From Chrysomallon squamiferum (taxonomy: Eukaryota; Animalia; Mollusca): DNA of 64,000 nucleotides. Positions 47,578 through 64,000 of this stretch are shown in pieces. The notes under the pieces are model-generated. The model worked only from the letters and a program-made list of their open reading frames with translations, had not been told where the DNA came from and did no database searches. The stretch covers positions 17,627,210 to 17,691,209 of the forward strand of contig CM022674.1 of NCBI GenBank assembly GCA_012295275.1, given 5' to 3'. The translations under genes were made by a program, and so were the position numbers. Position 1 is the first letter of the stretch. Each line of letters starts with the position of its first letter.

Positions 47578-48291
47578 ACCCACATTATTGACGAAAATGA
47601 ACAGTCCCGTCTCAGCTTATATAAATCCAAATATAGAAATAATATTCTCGCCTGCCACTGACACACAGCAGGTCAATTTCAGTCTGACATCAGCACAAAA
47701 CGAAGAAAAACAACTATAGAACTTTTAGTTCATATTCGTCTGCCCTTCGGTCGAGCTCCGAATCAAACAAGGAAGTAGTTTAGTGTAAAAAATCTGTTTT
47801 TACTTGTTGTCACGTTAAAACGCTGGTAGATGGGCCGGGTAAAGTTAAATACAGAAAGCAGTTTGACAAGTTTTTTTTTGCCTTTGAATAAGCGGGGTTT
47901 CGACACACATTGCTAAGTTAAAGCTAAGTGGCGTGCGGCTCTGTCGGTTCATTCATAACAAACGTTCGTCTGATGTAGGTGTCAAGGTCGGAGACTGCGA
48001 GAATAATGTACGAAAACATTTACAAACTGGAGGAACGAGAGAATCACTTTAAAAATAACACTTAAAGCGGAAAGCTAGTATCTTGTGACATAGGAGTGTA
48101 GAAATGTGGGTAATACTACTTTCAGTGTTCGTAATGAATGATTGACAAGTTGGGGGCGGGGCGTGAATGGAGCGATACGTAGTAAGGGTAAAGAAAGGAA
48201 GCTGCTGATAAAGCCACATAAAAACAAATATAAATTTGTTTAGTGTCCACCCAGATTAATTCTTCCATGTAGAGAGGGAGGTTTTCATTTT

Positions 48292-48332
<41 letters not shown>

Positions 48333-48341
48333 TATTATTAT

Positions 48342-48496
<155 letters not shown>

Positions 48497-49182
48497 TCTA
48501 GAATGACAGTGTATTATTCATGGACAGACGATATGACAGGAAGATACTGAATATCAGAAACAATTCTAGCTACAAATAACACCAGAAAATATAGAAATTA
48601 CAATGAAACCTTTTTTTCGAATGAAAGTTCATCTACATGTTATTAAAAATGTGTAAACACTGAGTGAAGCCCAACAACATATTAGTTCCAGAAGCGAGAT
48701 ATCTAAGTGAAGCGTGCATACAACCCATTCTTAAACTGACACCCTGCAGTCTTCATTAACTGCGCAAATACAATTTTCTGTCTGTTTATAGATGCCACAA
48801 AGGATGTTTTGGCCTTCTGTTCCTTTCAAATATTTAATAATCGACAATGAACTAAACCAAACACGTTTATTTAAATAAGTTATGTTACTGAAACAATGAC
48901 ATTTATTATATTAATGTTGGTATTTCCCTGTTTATAAATAGCAAGAACCGTAATTCTGGATGAACTTATCTGCAACGGTTCAGTGTGTAAACCAGTGTAT
49001 TTGATGCATTGAATTTGTAGAGAGACAGAATGTATTCCCTAGCGAAATCCTCTGCTTAAGTATGTTGTGTTTGTGTCTGTTTTTATATGTTTATACCTAG
49101 TGTGTCTGCATAATTAATGTGTATATAATATTGTTGTAATGTTTGAATGTATCTGCGTGTCTTTGTATATGCATTTGTATGT

Positions 49183-49229
<47 letters not shown>

Positions 49230-49504
49230 ACGTCGGTTTTTAAATGACACAAAAGACAGAAAGGTAAAAGGCAATTTTACTAAAGAAGAGACAACAAAAC
49301 ATTTTTTGAAAAACCTGATCCACGACAGTTCACAACAATATATGCAACAACATAACAATACATGACTTGTCAACCCTCACAGTCTCTTAAATAGCGTTAT
49401 GAGCGTAGGTGTGTATATATGTATGTATATGTATGTGTATGTGTATGTTTTTTTGTGTGTGTGTGTGTGTGTGTACTAAACCTATATATATATATATATA
49501 TATA

Positions 49505-50506
49505 TATGTTACAGCCAATAATGTGTGAAAGAAGTCATCTGGTCTAATGCCTGAAATGTTTAGGTTTAGCCTAACTCACAAGACCGTCAGACATTTGGCC
49601 TAATGTCTAAGATTTCCAATAAATAGGCCAAACGACTGAAATAGACCTCAAGTCATTAGGGAAAATGACTGAATGAAAAATAATGACTTACAATTGGATG
49701 AAGAGATTTATTTCGTAACTCATATAGTAGTGTTCTATTTATTACAGCAGTTCAAACGTTTGTTCTCGAAACATACACGTTTTGTTTGACAGCTCTTTTT
49801 TCCTCTATAGTTGCATTTCACAAACCCTTGTCCTCCTGCGTAACTCCTTTGACACTGCTGCTCTAAAAGCATTTTGACACATCATACAACAAAAGCAGTC
49901 TCTGGGAACACACATCAAACTGGTTCCTGGTAGACTGTTCATTGTCATCAGTATCTACAATCACCCCCAGCAGGCTCCTGGGGTCACCACGGCTCCTGTC
50001 CACAGCTGGAATAGGCACTGCCATGTTGTCTCTCTCTCCTTCTTCTCCGGCAGACAACACAACGCGACTGCGTTTGATCATCCGCTCGTCTTGCTGAAAC
50101 TGTTCATCTTCGCCGAATTTTTGCGTAGAGCTGACGTCGTCACAGGAACTCTACTTTTGGTGTCAACTGGTCATCCTCGGAGTGGGACCGCAGCTGGTCA
50201 GACCTGGCGTCTTCATCCGTTTGCGTTTCTTGGTCAGTTTCTGCACGTTTGCGCACTGAAGAATTTCAAACGTGGACATGAGGTAGTAAGTATACGTGGT
50301 GGGTTTTTCCCGTGGTCAGCAGATATCTTCTTTAGCTGGTCCATAATCAAGAAGTGCTCTTCCTTTGGAATGTACACTCTCTTGCATAATTCATACTTCT
50401 TAAACAATCTCTCTTAAAGCGGACTTCCAAAAGAACCACCATGGTGGAAAAATAAGTGATCTGAATGCAATCAGGAACTACTGCATTTTATACCACCTAT
50501 TAACAC

Positions 50507-50510
<4 letters not shown>
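49505..50510 (-). mobile_element. Integrase-type DNA transposon remnant (KRABA2/SCAND3-like), copy 2
   Basis: ORF 49863-50081 MIKRSRVVLSAGEEGERDNMAVPIPAVDRSRGDPRSLLGVIV..., duplicated with the segment. Confidence 0.65.
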
Positions 50511-50558
<48 letters not shown>

Positions 50559-51365
50559 TATATATATATATATATAATATATATATAATACATACACATG
50601 CATATGCATACATACATACATACATACAATACATACATACAACACATATTCACATATATGTATTATTTTTAATCACCGTTACAAACATCCTAAGGGATTA
50701 AGTAAAACATCTTTGTTTTGTTTTCAAAGATAAAACGTTATTTAAAATATTATCATAGTGGGGAAAAACGCCTCGCTTGGACATGCCATAAGCAAATTAA
50801 AATAAAATACATTTAACTATAGCAACCAAAGTTATAAAGCCAAAGTCGTCAAGTTACAATCCATCCAATCTAACAACAGACATATGATTAATTAAAATAC
50901 CTAAATACATTAATACATAATGATATGAGCCGCCTCCAATTAATGGGTATGCGCCGATTAAGGACCGCTGTAGACAAAATATGTCTTATCCCGAGTAAAT
51001 TGATTACGGCAATAATCTTGACAACAACTAAAATACCTAAATACATTAATACGTAACGATATGAGCCGAGTGCTATAAAATAACGCACAGACCAGTGTCC
51101 AGTTACAACGCATTGGCTGTCCAGCACTAAACACTTCGGAACTCGGCTCATCTCACTTTCATTTTTATATTTAGACTGGACCCCATTGCTCCCAGACTGC
51201 ATTCCCCAAAGTATTTATATAGCAAAATACCCACGGTTAAAATCACCAAAGACAAAAATAAACACGGTTATAATATTCATGTGTTTTTGCATAAACTAGA
51301 TTTTGTGTTTATAATCAACCATTTATATGTGTGTGTGTGTTTGTATTTATGATTATTAGTTGTAT

Positions 51366-51417
<52 letters not shown>

Positions 51418-52952
51418 CGTAGTCGTAGTATTAGTAGTAGTAGTAGTAATTTTATTATTATTTGATTGTTTGTTTTATTTTTATTTATTTATAATCATGT
51501 TGACGCATATATATATTGAAATAAATAAATTAATAAATAAATAAAACAGGCAAAAATTTAAATAAATAATTCAACAAATAATCAAATGACCACACAAACA
51601 AACAAACTGAAATAAAGAATGAAAATGTTTTCCTTTTATTACAGAGATAACACGAATTGTTTTCAAATCTACAGACAACACTGGTAGAAGTTTCAGGAAT
51701 TTTTCCTCCAGAAAATACATTTTTATATCAGCAGTGAGGATCATTTTACAAACTATTTTATACAGTACAACACATACTATAATTTTTATATAAAGTCAGC
51801 ACTAACAAACACGAATGTGATAAAGACAAACTCGATAAAGCTGGGATCGATCCTTATAATCTACCGGTATCAGGAGAACGTTTCAAATACCAGTAATAGT
51901 TCTCGTTTTTATATTATCATAAATTTATCTTTATCCAGAACACGAATTAAAATAAAATAATTCAGCAACATTTGCTTACATAAATTTAAATTTAACAACT
52001 CTTTCCAAAGAAAACAATTATAAAACTAAATTTAACAAGTGTTATAAATTTACATTTAGCAATTGTTTCAAAATTAGTAGTTTATAAATTTATATGAAAT
52101 AAATGCTAAAAGAAATAAACAATTCAGATATTTTCTTTCTGGTTTATTTTTTTTTTTTTTTTTTTTAATGGCATTGTTTTCAGTATTTTGATTAAACAAA
52201 ACATTCCTGTAAATTGGAATAGTGTTTCGTTTTTTATTTTTATTTCATTTCTCAAGTTAATAATTTAGGCTAGCACTATTGTCTCGTTTCAACTAATAAA
52301 ACTGTTTTAATTAAAAAAAGACGACTGTAGAGTTTTCATTACAGTTTTAGTTCAAAACAGAAGTTGTTGGAATTTTCATCACAGTTTTAATTCAAATCCG
52401 AAGATACTCGAATTTTCTTTACAGTTTTACTTCAAAACAGAAGATACTCGAATTTTCGTTTTTTTTAAGATGAATCAAAACAAAAGATATGGTGGAATTT
52501 TCGTCACAGTTTTAGTTAGAAGGTGAAGATGAATGAATTTCCACTATAATTTTAGTTCAGAAAAGCAAATGGTGGAATTTTTAGTACAGTTTGAATTCAA
52601 AACAGAAATAGGTCGAGTTGTCATAACAGTTTTCGTTCAAAATTGAAGGTGGTCGAATTTTCTTTAGAGATTTAGTCCAAAACAGGAGATTGTGAAATTT
52701 TCATTACATTTTTAGTTCAAAACAGAAGACGGTCATTTTTGTAATTACAGATATAACTTTAGTCAGAAGACAGACAAATGTTCCTAAAACTATTTGTTCA
52801 AAACAGAAGATGGTGGAATTTGTATTACCGTTTCAATTTATAACAGAAGATGTTCAAATTCTCAATCCTGTTTTAGTTCAAAACCGATGATGGTCGAATT
52901 GTCATTACACTTTCAATTTGTAAAAGAAGATGTTCAAATTCACAATCCTGTT

Positions 52953-55509
<2,557 letters not shown>

Positions 55510-57309
55510 TTTATAAATGGTATCAATGTCGAAATTCAGATATCTGTATTCAGAAATAAATTAATTTACTTATATGAAGAGATTTTAATCGTTATTCCAC
55601 AGAGGCAAATAAACTAATAATTTCTTCAACTAATGTTTCCAAGACACTGTCACTACCAAACTGAACTCTTCAAATATATTAAGCGTTTGACACAAGCTTC
55701 TGTTTTCAGTCCTGTGTTAAATAAAACATTTTCTAATAATTCCTGCAGCTTCTCTCGGTTTAGCTGAAACATACAGAAGCCAAACAGAACTGTAATCACA
55801 TTCGGTGAACAAATGTTTTATGCTAGAGTGAATATGGATTATTTAATTAATAATCTAGTGATTATTGATATTTTTCTCTAATTTGTACTGATTCTTTCAA
55901 TTCATCTGAAAGAAATAGAAGGCGAACAGAATTGTTTATTCGTATAATAGTCATCAGGGAAATGATCATTTGAAATATGATTTGTTCTGTCTTGATTCAG
56001 CGATTGGTTTAGGGCGAAATGTTTGTTATCTTTCTTTTTGTTGCTGTATCTTTGTGGGTTTTTGTTACTGAGGGGAGTGTGTGTTTATATGGTTGTTCTG
56101 TTTATTTTTATTGAGTCATGTTGTTGCTTTTGTTGTTCGTACCGTTGTTTTATTGTATTAATATATTTGTAAGTGTATATCATGTGGGATCTAGTAGGTT
56201 TAGAGGAAACTAGTATGTACATCTTGTTAATTTTTTAGTAATAGCAATCGTAGTAATAGTATAGTAATTGTTTAGAGATAGCTAGTATGTATATCTTGTT
56301 AATTTTTAGTAGTAGTAAATTGTAGTAATAGTATAATAGGTTTAGAGGTAGCTAGTATGTACATGTAGATAATTTTTAGAAGTAGAAATTGTAGTAATCT
56401 AAATTTAAGGTAGTAGTATGTACAAATCAAACTAAATAAAAGTCAAATCAAATCACCTTTTCATACTGATGGTTGTGAACGTGATTCCATTCCATGGGAT
56501 AAAAGTTATATCACCCAGAAATGTTCTCGGATTGACTGGGATTTGAACGCGATCTTCACCCCGCACATTTTCCCATATCAACAGCGCAAGATTCTCATTT
56601 ATCCAAATTAGTCTGTGATCTGATGATAATAATTACAAAGTAAATAAATAAATAAATAAAAAAATAAAAAACAAATAAATAAACAAACAAACGAACAAAC
56701 AAACAAAAATAAACAAATAAATAAATAAATAAATAAATAAATAAATGAATAATTATATTCAAGATACACCGACATTTAACAGAATTAATTATGTCTGATA
56801 TTTTTTTATTTTTGTTATTTTGTTATTTTTTTTATCTCCGTCTGTCTGTTCTGGTCATACACGTTAATTCTTTCTTTCTCTCACTACTTTCTCTTTCTGT
56901 CTCTCTCTCGATCTCACAAACTTGTTTCATCCTTATCTTTTAGTATTCAGAATTAGTAATTTTTTTTTTTTATTTGGCTAGTTAGGTAGTTAGTAGAAAT
57001 GATAAGGTTAGTAATAATACTAATAACTGTTGTGGAAACAGTAGGGCTACTAATACTAATAATAGTAGTAGTAGTAATGGAAATGGTTATAAAAGTAATA
57101 GAAATAATAGGGCTAGTAATAATTGTAGTATTGGTACTGGAAAAAGTATTGGAAGTAATAATAGTAGTACTGGAAATAGTAGGGCTAGTTTTAATAGTAG
57201 TAGAAATGGTAGGTATAATAATAATAATAATAGTTGTGGAAAAGTAGAGCTAGAATAGTAATGGAAACAGTACGGCTAGTAATAATATTAATAATAGTTG
57301 TGGAAATAG

Positions 57310-58350
57310 TGGCAATGTTTCAGAATAATATTTAATATGTGCGACGGTATAAAATCAAGAATTGAAACGTAATATTTTCCTTGGTATAAGGCAAGGGGGA
57401 AACGTCATTTTTTTTATTTTCATTATACTTAAATGGTTTTATCTGAAGTTATTTGTGCAGTTATATATAGTGATGACACTGTACAATTAGGAGAAGGAAC
57501 AGATGATTTACAACATCACGTGCACTGTCTTGAAATGAATTGTAAAACGTGGAAATTAAAAGTTAATGCTCCCGTGTCAAAAATTATGATTTTCTTTCCA
57601 CACGAAAATTAAAAACAGATTTATATATAAACATATGGAAATAGAAATTGTTGCTAAGGTTTATCAATCGACTGTTAGTTAGATTAGTTTGACAAAATTG
57701 TAAAACCAATATTGTTATATGCACAGAAATCAGGAGTTTTCAATATTGCAATATAACTGAAAGATATCATCTCACGTTTATAGTATGTGTTATCAAGTCA
57801 ACGCCAAGATATATGGTTTGTGGTGAATTATGCAGCTATCCATTGTCTATAAATGTTACAGTAAAAATGTTTACAATTTGGGCAAACATTGTAAAGAGTA
57901 TAAACTGTCTCGTATATTATAAATGTTATCTTATAACCATAGTATGAATGCTTCTGTAATAGCTTATATTATGCTTCTAATATTAGATGAATGTGTTTAT
58001 GAAGTATATATTCGTGTGTTCAAGTAAATGTTTTGCGCCAATTAAAAATGTTAGAACTTTATTTAAAGTTAATAATGTCAAGCTTCCTATATAAACTGGT
58101 ACACGGTTCAATATTGAAACACAGGAAATATCACTTATGCAATTTTGATATTGGTGATGAGTTTCTCTGTATATTTAAGTGGACATTTTTAACTTTTCAG
58201 AGAAATAAATATATACCATAGTATTGTACATTTAGACCAAATACAATAACATTTCAACATATATTTTCTACAATGTTAAAAACCACTTTTTGTATAAACG
58301 TTCCTGAAATTTTCATATATTGTCATTGAAAGAGTATTCTTAAAATACAC
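57310..58350 (+). mobile_element. Decayed non-LTR retrotransposon (LINE) reverse-transcriptase fragment
   Basis: Frameshifted pieces GIRQGGN (GVRQGE-like), LKLFV..Y.DDTV (YADD-like), WKLKVN, FDKIVKPILLY and YMVCGELCSYPL. Clade not determined. Confidence 0.75.
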
Positions 58351-58535
58351 GTGATTATGTTGTAATTATCGTTATTCATTATTATAACTATGTTTTGTTT
58401 ATATGGTCTCGTCACGTGCACCGTCGTCATAATTTTTTTGAGTTTGTTATTCCAAGATTGTTAACACGTTGACTTCCGTCACCACTAGATGGCGTGTTAG
58501 CATTTACTGTGATTCAAAATGTTTATTATTATTAT

Positions 58536-58573
<38 letters not shown>

Positions 58574-58718
58574 TCATTATTATCATCATTATTAGTATTA
58601 TCCTCATCATCATTATCACTATTAGTATCGTTATTATCACAATTATTATTACTATTATCATTGTTATTCTTCTTCTTCTTATTCTTCTTCTTCTTCTTCT
58701 TATTATTATTATTATTAT

Positions 58719-58763
<45 letters not shown>

Positions 58764-59276
58764 CATTATTACAGTGTTATTATCATTATTATTTATCATC
58801 ATTATCATTATTACTATTATTATTATTATCATCTCATCATCATCATCATAATCAAAATCATTATAAATCATTGTTATTTCTACCATTAATATCATCATTG
58901 TCAGTATAAATATTTATTATTGTTATTATTACTATTATTGTTATATTTATTATCATTATAAATACTTATTATTGTTATTATTACTATTATTGTTATAATT
59001 AATATCATTTTAAATTATTATTATTATTATTATTATTATTATAGCCATTGTTTTTTTGTTATTATTATCATTATATATTATTATCATCATCACCATCATC
59101 TTCTCTATCATTATTGTCATTATTATGAAACAACAAATAAAATAAAGTTCATATTAATTAAACCAAAGGTGCATGTATGTGTTTCTGCACGTGTTTGCGT
59201 GTCTGTTTGTGATGAGAGTGTGTGTGCGTATATAAAACAACATAATGAGTTTAACGCGAATTAGTCACTATTTTAC

Positions 59277-60170
59277 CTGTGGTAAATAATGACAGCAGCC
59301 ACAACAGCAGTCAGCAGTCCTACACCGACAACACCTCCAACAACGGCTGCAACTGAAGAATTAAAACCGATATGGGCTTTAACTACAGCAGTGATTTACG
59401 AATTGACCCTCCCCTTTTAATTTGTGTGCTCAAAACAAAAAGATTTGCCCTGCTCACGATTTGAATACATGTCATGCTGTCTTAACTTTTTCTATTAAAT
59501 GGAAAGGATTGCTTAAATACATATGACATAACCAGCAGAAAATAAATAAAGATAGAATATACGAATTAAGTGTACAGTATTAGATATATCTCAGAAGAGC
59601 TTTTTTGAATCCCAGAGTAAAAACATTAGTGAAAATTGCCATGATTATCGGTGATCAATTAAGCTTAGCACAAAAGATCGTGCGGTCAAATTAATCTTAC
59701 GATAGAAGAAAACATGAATATTTGAATGTGTGCTGCTTAGACCCTGATATTACGAATAGGGTCTGCTTATGCCCTGTTACGATATGCAGGGTCTTAAACT
59801 TGATATAGTTAATAACTACAGTTATTAAAACCTTCAGTGATATGACGAAAGAAACACTCATTGGTGGAGTCCTTGAAAACTCACAGATTCAGAAAATCTC
59901 TATCTTATAATACCTGGAAACGATTTATCTTCTGCATATAATTCTGCAGCAAATGATGAAGTAGATGCGGTTTTTCCTTAACTGTTGTTGTCGGTGATGT
60001 CTGGATATATTGGTGACGTCGGTTCCGGGGTTCTGGCTGTTGATGTGCGTGTGGTTGTCGTGGTTAGATGGTTGTGTGGCGAAAAGCACTGGACACTTAA
60101 ACTGCCTGCTTTAATAGTAAACATGTTTGTAACATAAATAGGTTATTCTTGTTGTTAACGTTGTTATTGA

Positions 60171-60227
<57 letters not shown>

Positions 60228-60814
60228 CATCTCCATCATCGTCGTATCTGTCGTATTATTAATGTCATCAACATCATTAGCAAATCATAGAAATTCTTGT
60301 TTTTGTTTTGTTTTTTACTCTTATTATCATTATTGTAATTATTTTATTCATCACATATTTTAATCATAGCCTTTAGGACCAGAAATAGTTTAAAATAATA
60401 AATATTCTAATTAATGGATGTTCCACATTCATAAATTGTTTACTTAAAATAAAATTTCTACCTGAACCAATGTTCCAGAAATTGATGCATAAAGTTGATC
60501 TCACTGGAGCAGATTCTGCGTTAAGACTTAACAGATATCCTTTACTATCAATAACATGTTTGTATGTTGTTTTACTTCCACTGCTTCTACATGAAAATGG
60601 TACAGAAGTTCTTGGCTCTTCTACAGTTAGAGCAGATTTACAGTTTTCTTGAGAATCCTGAACGATGACAAAACCAATCTGAGTTGCTTGTGTTGAGTGA
60701 AGAGAATAGTTAGAAGTGATACTCGTGTTTTCTGTTACAAACACGTCAAGATAGAAATCTTGAACATCACTGATTGCTTCATCTTTACACATATGTATCA
60801 CTGAAACAATAACA

Positions 60815-60854
<40 letters not shown>

Positions 60855-61635
60855 CACCAAAAACAGCAATAGTACATCATCAAAAACTTAAAAACGTACA
60901 AAGAAACTAACAAAATTATGTTATCAAAATTTAAAAATATATCATCATAGAAAAAATGTACCATGATCATCAACATATAACATTCAGAAAAACGAGAACG
61001 TGACAACATAAAAATAGTTTTATCTATTCACATATGCAACTCAGTTAATACAGAATAATTCACTTATGCATTAAAATATATAATTTTCCTCATTATCCAG
61101 TTGCCTAAACAAAATATAAAAATACTGAAAGAGTTTATTACATACCTGCAGTATTTGAGGTACTGGGACAAGCACTGTTAGCTAGGATGGGAAACAAATA
61201 ACAAATATTGATATTTTTTTGATAAACATTAAAACTATTGAAGATACCAGCTTTCCAGATGCTTTTCGATGATATGTTAGAAGTAATACACTAAAGATAC
61301 TTACTGAAAAAAATAACAAGTTCTATTCTATGTGAAGCTATTGGAACGATTAACAAAGATAAATTTAAGTGTATCTATGGAAAAGTAAACAAAGTTGTAT
61401 TTATGCTAACCTTTTGGAAAAAATAAACATTTATATTTATATTAACCTAAGGGAAAAATTAACACAGTTATTTTTACGTATATCCAAGTACAGTGTAAAC
61501 GACGTATATTTATTCATGTTTAGACAGAGATAGTAGAAACAAAGCATATTTAACGTAAACTCATATATACTATAAATAACATAAATACTCACCATGCAAA
61601 ACATCAGTTAACATTACACACAATAAAAATATCAT
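59277..61635 (-). pseudogene. Paralog of the 41864-46220 membrane protein with a premature stop before the TM exon (exons 61635-61593, 61181-61146, 60800-60462, 60105-59914, 59352-59277); pseudogene or secreted form
   Basis: Same exon phases and a very similar ectodomain exon (IHMCK.E..S..Q.FYLDVFVTENTSIT). There is an in-frame TAA at 59980-59978 in the stalk exon, and ITCNCS has become ITSNYS. The TM exon VAAVVGGVVGVGLLTAVVAAVIIYHR is retained. No tyrosine-array tail exon was found. Confidence 0.78.
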
Positions 61636-61966
61636 TTACACGTATTACGTTAACGCCTTGATAACAACAGTATAACGAAAGTAAAGAACCATGAACATTG
61701 GAAATCAGTAGCAGGTTAAATGTTATGTAGTTAAATATTAAAGTTGATTTACCAGGAAGTATTTTCATCTTCGGGATGAATACCCGTGTATTGGGCCAGC
61801 CAATAAACGAAAGACTACGTTATGCCTGTATAACTGTGACACAGTTACACTGTAAGTCAAATAAAAAAAAGTGTTGGTTTATGTTGTTGAGAAATTAAGT
61901 GAACCATGAAATGCGTAGAGATAGGAGAATAAATCTTTAGGTGATCTATGTATATATATGTTTGTA

Positions 61967-62024
<58 letters not shown>

Positions 62025-62217
62025 TGTATGTGTATATATATATATAAGCACACACACACACATATATATGCCTGCATATCCAAGTATACATTTCTCTTTA
62101 TTTATGTAAATAACACACACACACACACACATCCACGTATATATAAGTATATATTTATATTTTTATTTTACATTAGTTTCACATTCACTCACTTAGTCAA
62201 TAATAAAAAACAAAAAC

Positions 62218-62860
62218 TTGATTCAAAAGTTAAAAAGATTTTTTATTCACAAAAATCATGATTATTAACTGATTTACAACAGATTTATTTTAAAAATGGT
62301 TAACAAACAAATCGAAGATATTTTACAGATTATTAAAAGGATAATGAGCAAACAGTTTGGAATGATTTTTCATTCTCATTATTCAGTCATGCCTGTACTA
62401 ACACGTCCATCTCTCAAGTGTCATCTTCTTTATGTACTTTCTTATAAAAGCAGTTTGTTCTAGGTCACTGGTTCAGCTGAATGCATTATCACTGAGAGTT
62501 GGTTAAAATGTCAGTCAGTTTTCTGAGTGTGTCATTTTTCTGAAATATGATTTCAGGTTAAAGTCAGAAAGATATTGGGTGGGTTATCAACAATGTTGAA
62601 TAAAATTATAATACTGCTGTACCTCAAAAGTAAAACTGATATGAATTAAATATTTTAAATTTACTTTTACTTCTCTCATGTGTAAGGGTTTTTGAATTAA
62701 ATTAAGTAGGCCTAAGTAAAAAAAAAAACAAAAAAAAAACAATGGCGTGTAATCTACTGAAACACTTTTAAGTAGAATGAACACACGGGCACAGTAGTAG
62801 GAAGAAAAGTAAATGTGTTATTATAGTAAATGTGTGTGTCTGTGTGTATATTGCATAGAT
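62218..62860. repeat. Dispersed copy of 18155-18342 followed by a copy of 17525-17970
   Basis: 'ttgattcaaaagttaaaaagattttttattcacaaaaatcatg...catgcctgtact' is followed by 'acacg.ccatctctcaagt...gtgtgtatattgcata'. Confidence 0.88.
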
Positions 62861-62916
62861 ATATACATGTAGACACACACACACATATATATATATAGAC
62901 ACACACATATATATAT

Positions 62917-64000
62917 GGGTCATTCCGTGTCAAATCACCCAATGGTTTAAACCCGACCGTCTCAGATTTTTATGAAACTTTGTATACTTGTTGACTGGGA
63001 TCCCACAGCACCAAATCTGAAATGTTAGCTCAATCAGACCAGTGGTGTGGGAGATACGGCCCACCGAATTTTAAGATTTTTGCCAAAAATGGGTGTGACC
63101 ACCAACCTTAGAACCCTCATATCTCAGGAACTACTGGGCCAATCTTCATAAAATCGGTATTGTTAGAAAGGCAAAATGACAAGGATTCCAAATCTGCCAT
63201 TTTTGTTTAGTTTGGAAAATATTGGATTACCTTGACCTTTTGACCTTTGCTATGACCTTGAAATTGACCGTGTGGATCACGTGATCTTCAGATGACCTTT
63301 AGTGAAATTTAATCTCCCACATGTTAACTAAAACATATAACAGTTTCCTGGGTGTAATATTTTTTGTTTAGCCACAATATAGATTTAAAAAATGCACATA
63401 CATGAAAATAACACCTTTTCAGCCATTAACATCTGATTAACTAAAACCTGAATGATCAATTCTGGATGCTAGGAATCACCATCTCTCTTAATCATCGAGT
63501 AAGACATTGTAGGCCTACATGTATGCATAAAGTTCACATATAAAAGTTTCCTGGGTATAATATTTTTTGTTTAGCCATAATAGAGATTGTAAAGGGTGAC
63601 AAAATCAAGATTTGCACACGCTCTGGGTAGGATTCAGACATTAAGATGTCATTTTAATGTTACTGTAGCTGATGCTAGTTTTTTTCTGTCCTTTCATTCA
63701 TTTACTGGAACGTGCTAGTGAATGGAGTTTGACAGGAGTTTCGCCTAAACTCGACAGAATAGAATTCAAATCAAAGTCCTTTTCTGGGGAAACAACAACC
63801 AGCGATTTGTCTGGCAAGTTATCACCAAATTCTCCCATTGTAATACCACCCATACTAAAGCCATCCTCTGCAGGACCTTTGATTTCTGAAGGGTAATCAG
63901 ACAGTCACAGCACAACTTGTCTCCTGGCACTAGTGTCTTTGGAGGATTTACTAAGCATTTGTAAGTGCCCACGCTAACAATTCTTAAAGATCTAGTGCGT
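62917..64000 (-). mobile_element. Terminus and transposase fragment of a DNA transposon (Sola2-like, tentative); runs off the window
   Basis: Abrupt start GGGTCATTCCGTGTCAAATCACCCAA inside a (TA)n tract, with internal ~55-bp direct repeats (~63332 / ~63536). Minus-strand fragments LVPGDKLCCDC and LNSILSSLGETPVKLHSL resemble transposase N-termini. The family assignment is from memory. Confidence 0.55.

Noticed and set aside
47600-48280. CpG-richer patch with GC box GGGGCGGGGC (~48152-48161)
   Set aside because: It is promoter-like, but I could link no exon or RNA gene to it.
56999-57310. Hydrophobic 82-aa ORF
   Set aside because: It is a degenerate (GTA/ATA)-rich tandem repeat, not a membrane protein.
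58395-58510. Possible cytoplasmic exon of the second receptor paralog
   Set aside because: The phase-2 join gives an immediate stop, and the longer frame needs a different phase and a frameshift. It remains unresolved.

Overview
This is AT-rich, microsatellite-dense, intron-containing animal DNA. A mollusc or other lophotrochozoan is a plausible source, but that is inference. Most of the supplied ORF track is microsatellite noise, so genes were rebuilt by hand from GT-AG exons, and all lie on the minus strand. From left to right the window holds: (1) a decayed hAT transposon inserted in a short tandem duplication; (2) three tandem copies of a ~2.2-2.6 kb unit; (3) a locus with a signal peptide and a mannose-6-phosphate-receptor-homology (MRH)-like ectodomain followed by only the C-lobe of a TKL-type kinase; (4) a duplicated cassette at ~18.4 kb spacing, each copy carrying a PAN/apple-fibrinogen (FReD) lectin gene and a type-I membrane protein gene. 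In cassette 1 the FReD is broken and the membrane protein, which has a tyrosine-motif-array tail, is intact. In cassette 2 the FReD is intact and the membrane protein has a premature stop. Integrase-type, LINE, SINE-like and Sola-like remnants are interspersed. Overall it looks like a fast-evolving innate-immune/recognition cluster (inference).
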